Source of the DNA: Stylophora pistillata
Taxonomy: Eukaryota
Reading direction: 5' to 3'
Assembly (NCBI RefSeq): GCF_002571385.2
Contig: NW_019217819.1
Span: forward strand, 552,671-616,670
DNA length: 64,000 nt
The position numbers and the translations under genes are program-made. Below the pieces are notes generated by a model that was not told the origin of the DNA, did no database searches, and saw only the letters and a program-made list of their open reading frames with translations. This document shows positions 61,936 to 64,000 of the stretch, piece after piece (position 1 is the stretch's first letter; every line of letters begins with the position of its first letter).

Positions 61936-63231
61936 ATAAATGTCTTTATTACGTACGTTCTCGTTGGGTGCATAAGTTTATAGCTTATGGGGCCCGATTA
62001 TTTTTGATAGTATAATCAATCCTTTTTATCAGAACTGTACATCATGTATAGGTTTTCGTGTTACACTTTATTTCACTGACACTCAGGATATCAGTAATGC
62101 TTTCCGATGCACCCGAAAATCTGTGTTCGGATGTTAACATGATGGGAATGAAGGTGAGCGAAAGGACTAGAAGAGAAACTGACCTTGCCTATAACCTTGG
62201 TGCTATTTGATCTGGCCTCATTGGATTGGCTTAAGATCTGTGATTGACAACGCTCCTTGCCCCATGCAAAGGCACACCCAAATACTTAACTATGTATATG
62301 ACGGGCCTCGAGATAAAATCACATTGTGGTTATGTCATAATGTTGGCCTTTTTGTCTTTAAAACAGCGGGATATAGAACTCTTGACTCACTATTTTGCTT
62401 CTCAGGTTCGTCGGTTGTGAACAGTGCAGGGTAAACACTTCTGAATTTACCAATCGGGACTCTTTACGAATATAGTACATATTAATTTGGGTTAGTTATA
62501 AGTTTACAGAAGTCAAAACTTGAAATTCAATTTCTGTGTTTGTAGAAATCCGGTAATGCTGCTACAGACACCAAACTTGATTGACTGGCCGGTCTTATTA
62601 TCTATCAAAACGTTTTTTCTTTGTTCGAGATGGGACGTAGAGGTAATTTTTGAGAGGCTTTGGAATCAGAGCATTTTGGGAGAATGAGCAAGTTTGGAAC
62701 AATTGGTGAACACAGTCGTTTAAAAAATCCTTGAGTATCGATTATAGACGGATATCCAGAAGTGCTGAAGTCTACACTCTCTCATTGTACTGATGAGCGA
62801 CGATGGTTCTTGAGTCAGTAATCTCTTCTTAGAACTTAATTCTTCAATTCTTCGCGTTTTCTTCAAGGTTACGCTTTCCGGCCTTGACCTCGTTAAATTA
62901 AGTTACAAAGTAACAGATATTTCGCGGTCCTTATGTTAGCTAAGAAGCTTTTTTTCAATCAATCTTTCGATCATTTGAGTATGCCATACGATGATCATTT
63001 TGCAACAAAGATTCCTTACGGGTTTATCAGACAGGTTACGTTACCTAAACGTGAACAACTTCCTATTTTTCTGTATCTGAAACACGTTTTACTGTTTAGC
63101 GCGATGATTCTGCTCTAAAGAGCTCTCTAGTAAAGTGAAAAGGTATGAGATCAGTTTTCATGTCGTTAGTAAATACATTTTTAAAACGATTTTGCAAAGC
63201 ACTTTATCAAATCAAACAAACAGTTGAATAC

Positions 63232-63460
63232 GTATGATCCACGATCCTCGCAGTAGAGAGCGCTATTTATGCAATAGCGAAAATCAGATCTGAAAAAAAT
63301 CAGGCCTGTACGGGATTCGAACCACTGACCTCTGCGATACTAGTGCAGCGCTCTTCCAGTTGAGCTAACAAGCCAACTGGGAGTAGGCCGTTATGTTGAT
63401 TCGTAATAAACACGTGATGATAAATCAGATACAATGAATATATGAAGTTCATATATTCAT
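63232..63460 (-). mobile_element. tRNA-derived repeat family B copy
   Basis: Near-identical to 16555-16790. Confidence 0.75.
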
Positions 63461-63552
63461 TGTATCCAAACAGTTGAATGATGAGCAGACAAGAAAAACA
63501 ATGAAAATTTGTGCTGTTTGTATTGACTCGGTGCATGAAGGGCGCGCAGAAT

Positions 63553-63800
63553 ATAGCTCAATTGGTTAGTGCGCCGAATTGTGTTGTGCGGGAGGTCGAG
63601 GGTTCGAGAAATGGATAGATATTCTGGTCTTCTCGGATAAGGACGAATAAACCGTAGGTCCCGTCTCCTGCAGGGTTAGGGGTAGGAGACGTTAATTTCC
63701 TACGCACGAGACTACTGTGTGGCAGATGTCTTCCCCTGCGGTGGGATGGGTGGGCGTTAGCCCTGAAAAGCTGAAAAGCCCTATGAGAAGTGGTCAATTA
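63553..63800 (+). mobile_element. Second copy of the Nin/Deu-like tRNA SINE (internally deleted)
   Basis: TAGCTCAATTGGTTAGTGC head joined directly to the same core as 1450-1815. Confidence 0.8.
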
Positions 63801-64000
63801 ACCTATGTATATGTAACCTTTTGCGTGATTGCAAGGCATTTTGAGTGAACTTGTGTTTCTTAACTCAGTTGAAAATATTAGAATGGGGGAACAGAGAATT
63901 AACTCTGAAGCGTAAATTAAAGTGTTAAGTGAAACCCATGAAAAACCCACTGGGCGTTACTAGCCCTAGTAAAGGGTATTAGGGAAGTACACGAGGTGAA

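Noticed and set aside
62790-62820. CTGATGAG hammerhead-like start
   Set aside because: No GAAA or stem architecture follows.

Overview
Eukaryotic, AT-rich, intron- and repeat-rich DNA. The repeat families and gene content suggest a cnidarian, probably a scleractinian coral (inference). There are three clear genes. (1) ANKRD27/VARP on the minus strand, about 499-23232, with 30 exons reconstructed by hand; one uses a GC-AG intron, and the end of the VPS9 domain is missing near a 14-N gap. (2) A mitochondrial-type malonyl-CoA:ACP transacylase (MCAT) on the plus strand, 23392-35434, head-to-head with ANKRD27 (159 bp between ATGs), with an in-frame TAG in exon 4. (3) An intronless TRIM71/lin-41 on the minus strand, 40643-about 43000, with a long repeat-poor putative 3' UTR. 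The right third holds a frameshifted C-type lectin relic, a 1.35-kb direct duplication enclosing a palindromic 27-bp minisatellite, and a small two-exon secreted-peptide candidate. Introns carry many MITEs, tRNA-derived SINEs, LINE fragments and Penelope-like remnants with minimal hammerhead ribozymes. The most striking observation is a near-complementary miR-100 site inside the TRIM71 NHL coding sequence. All coordinates and alignments were read by eye; no database searches were run.
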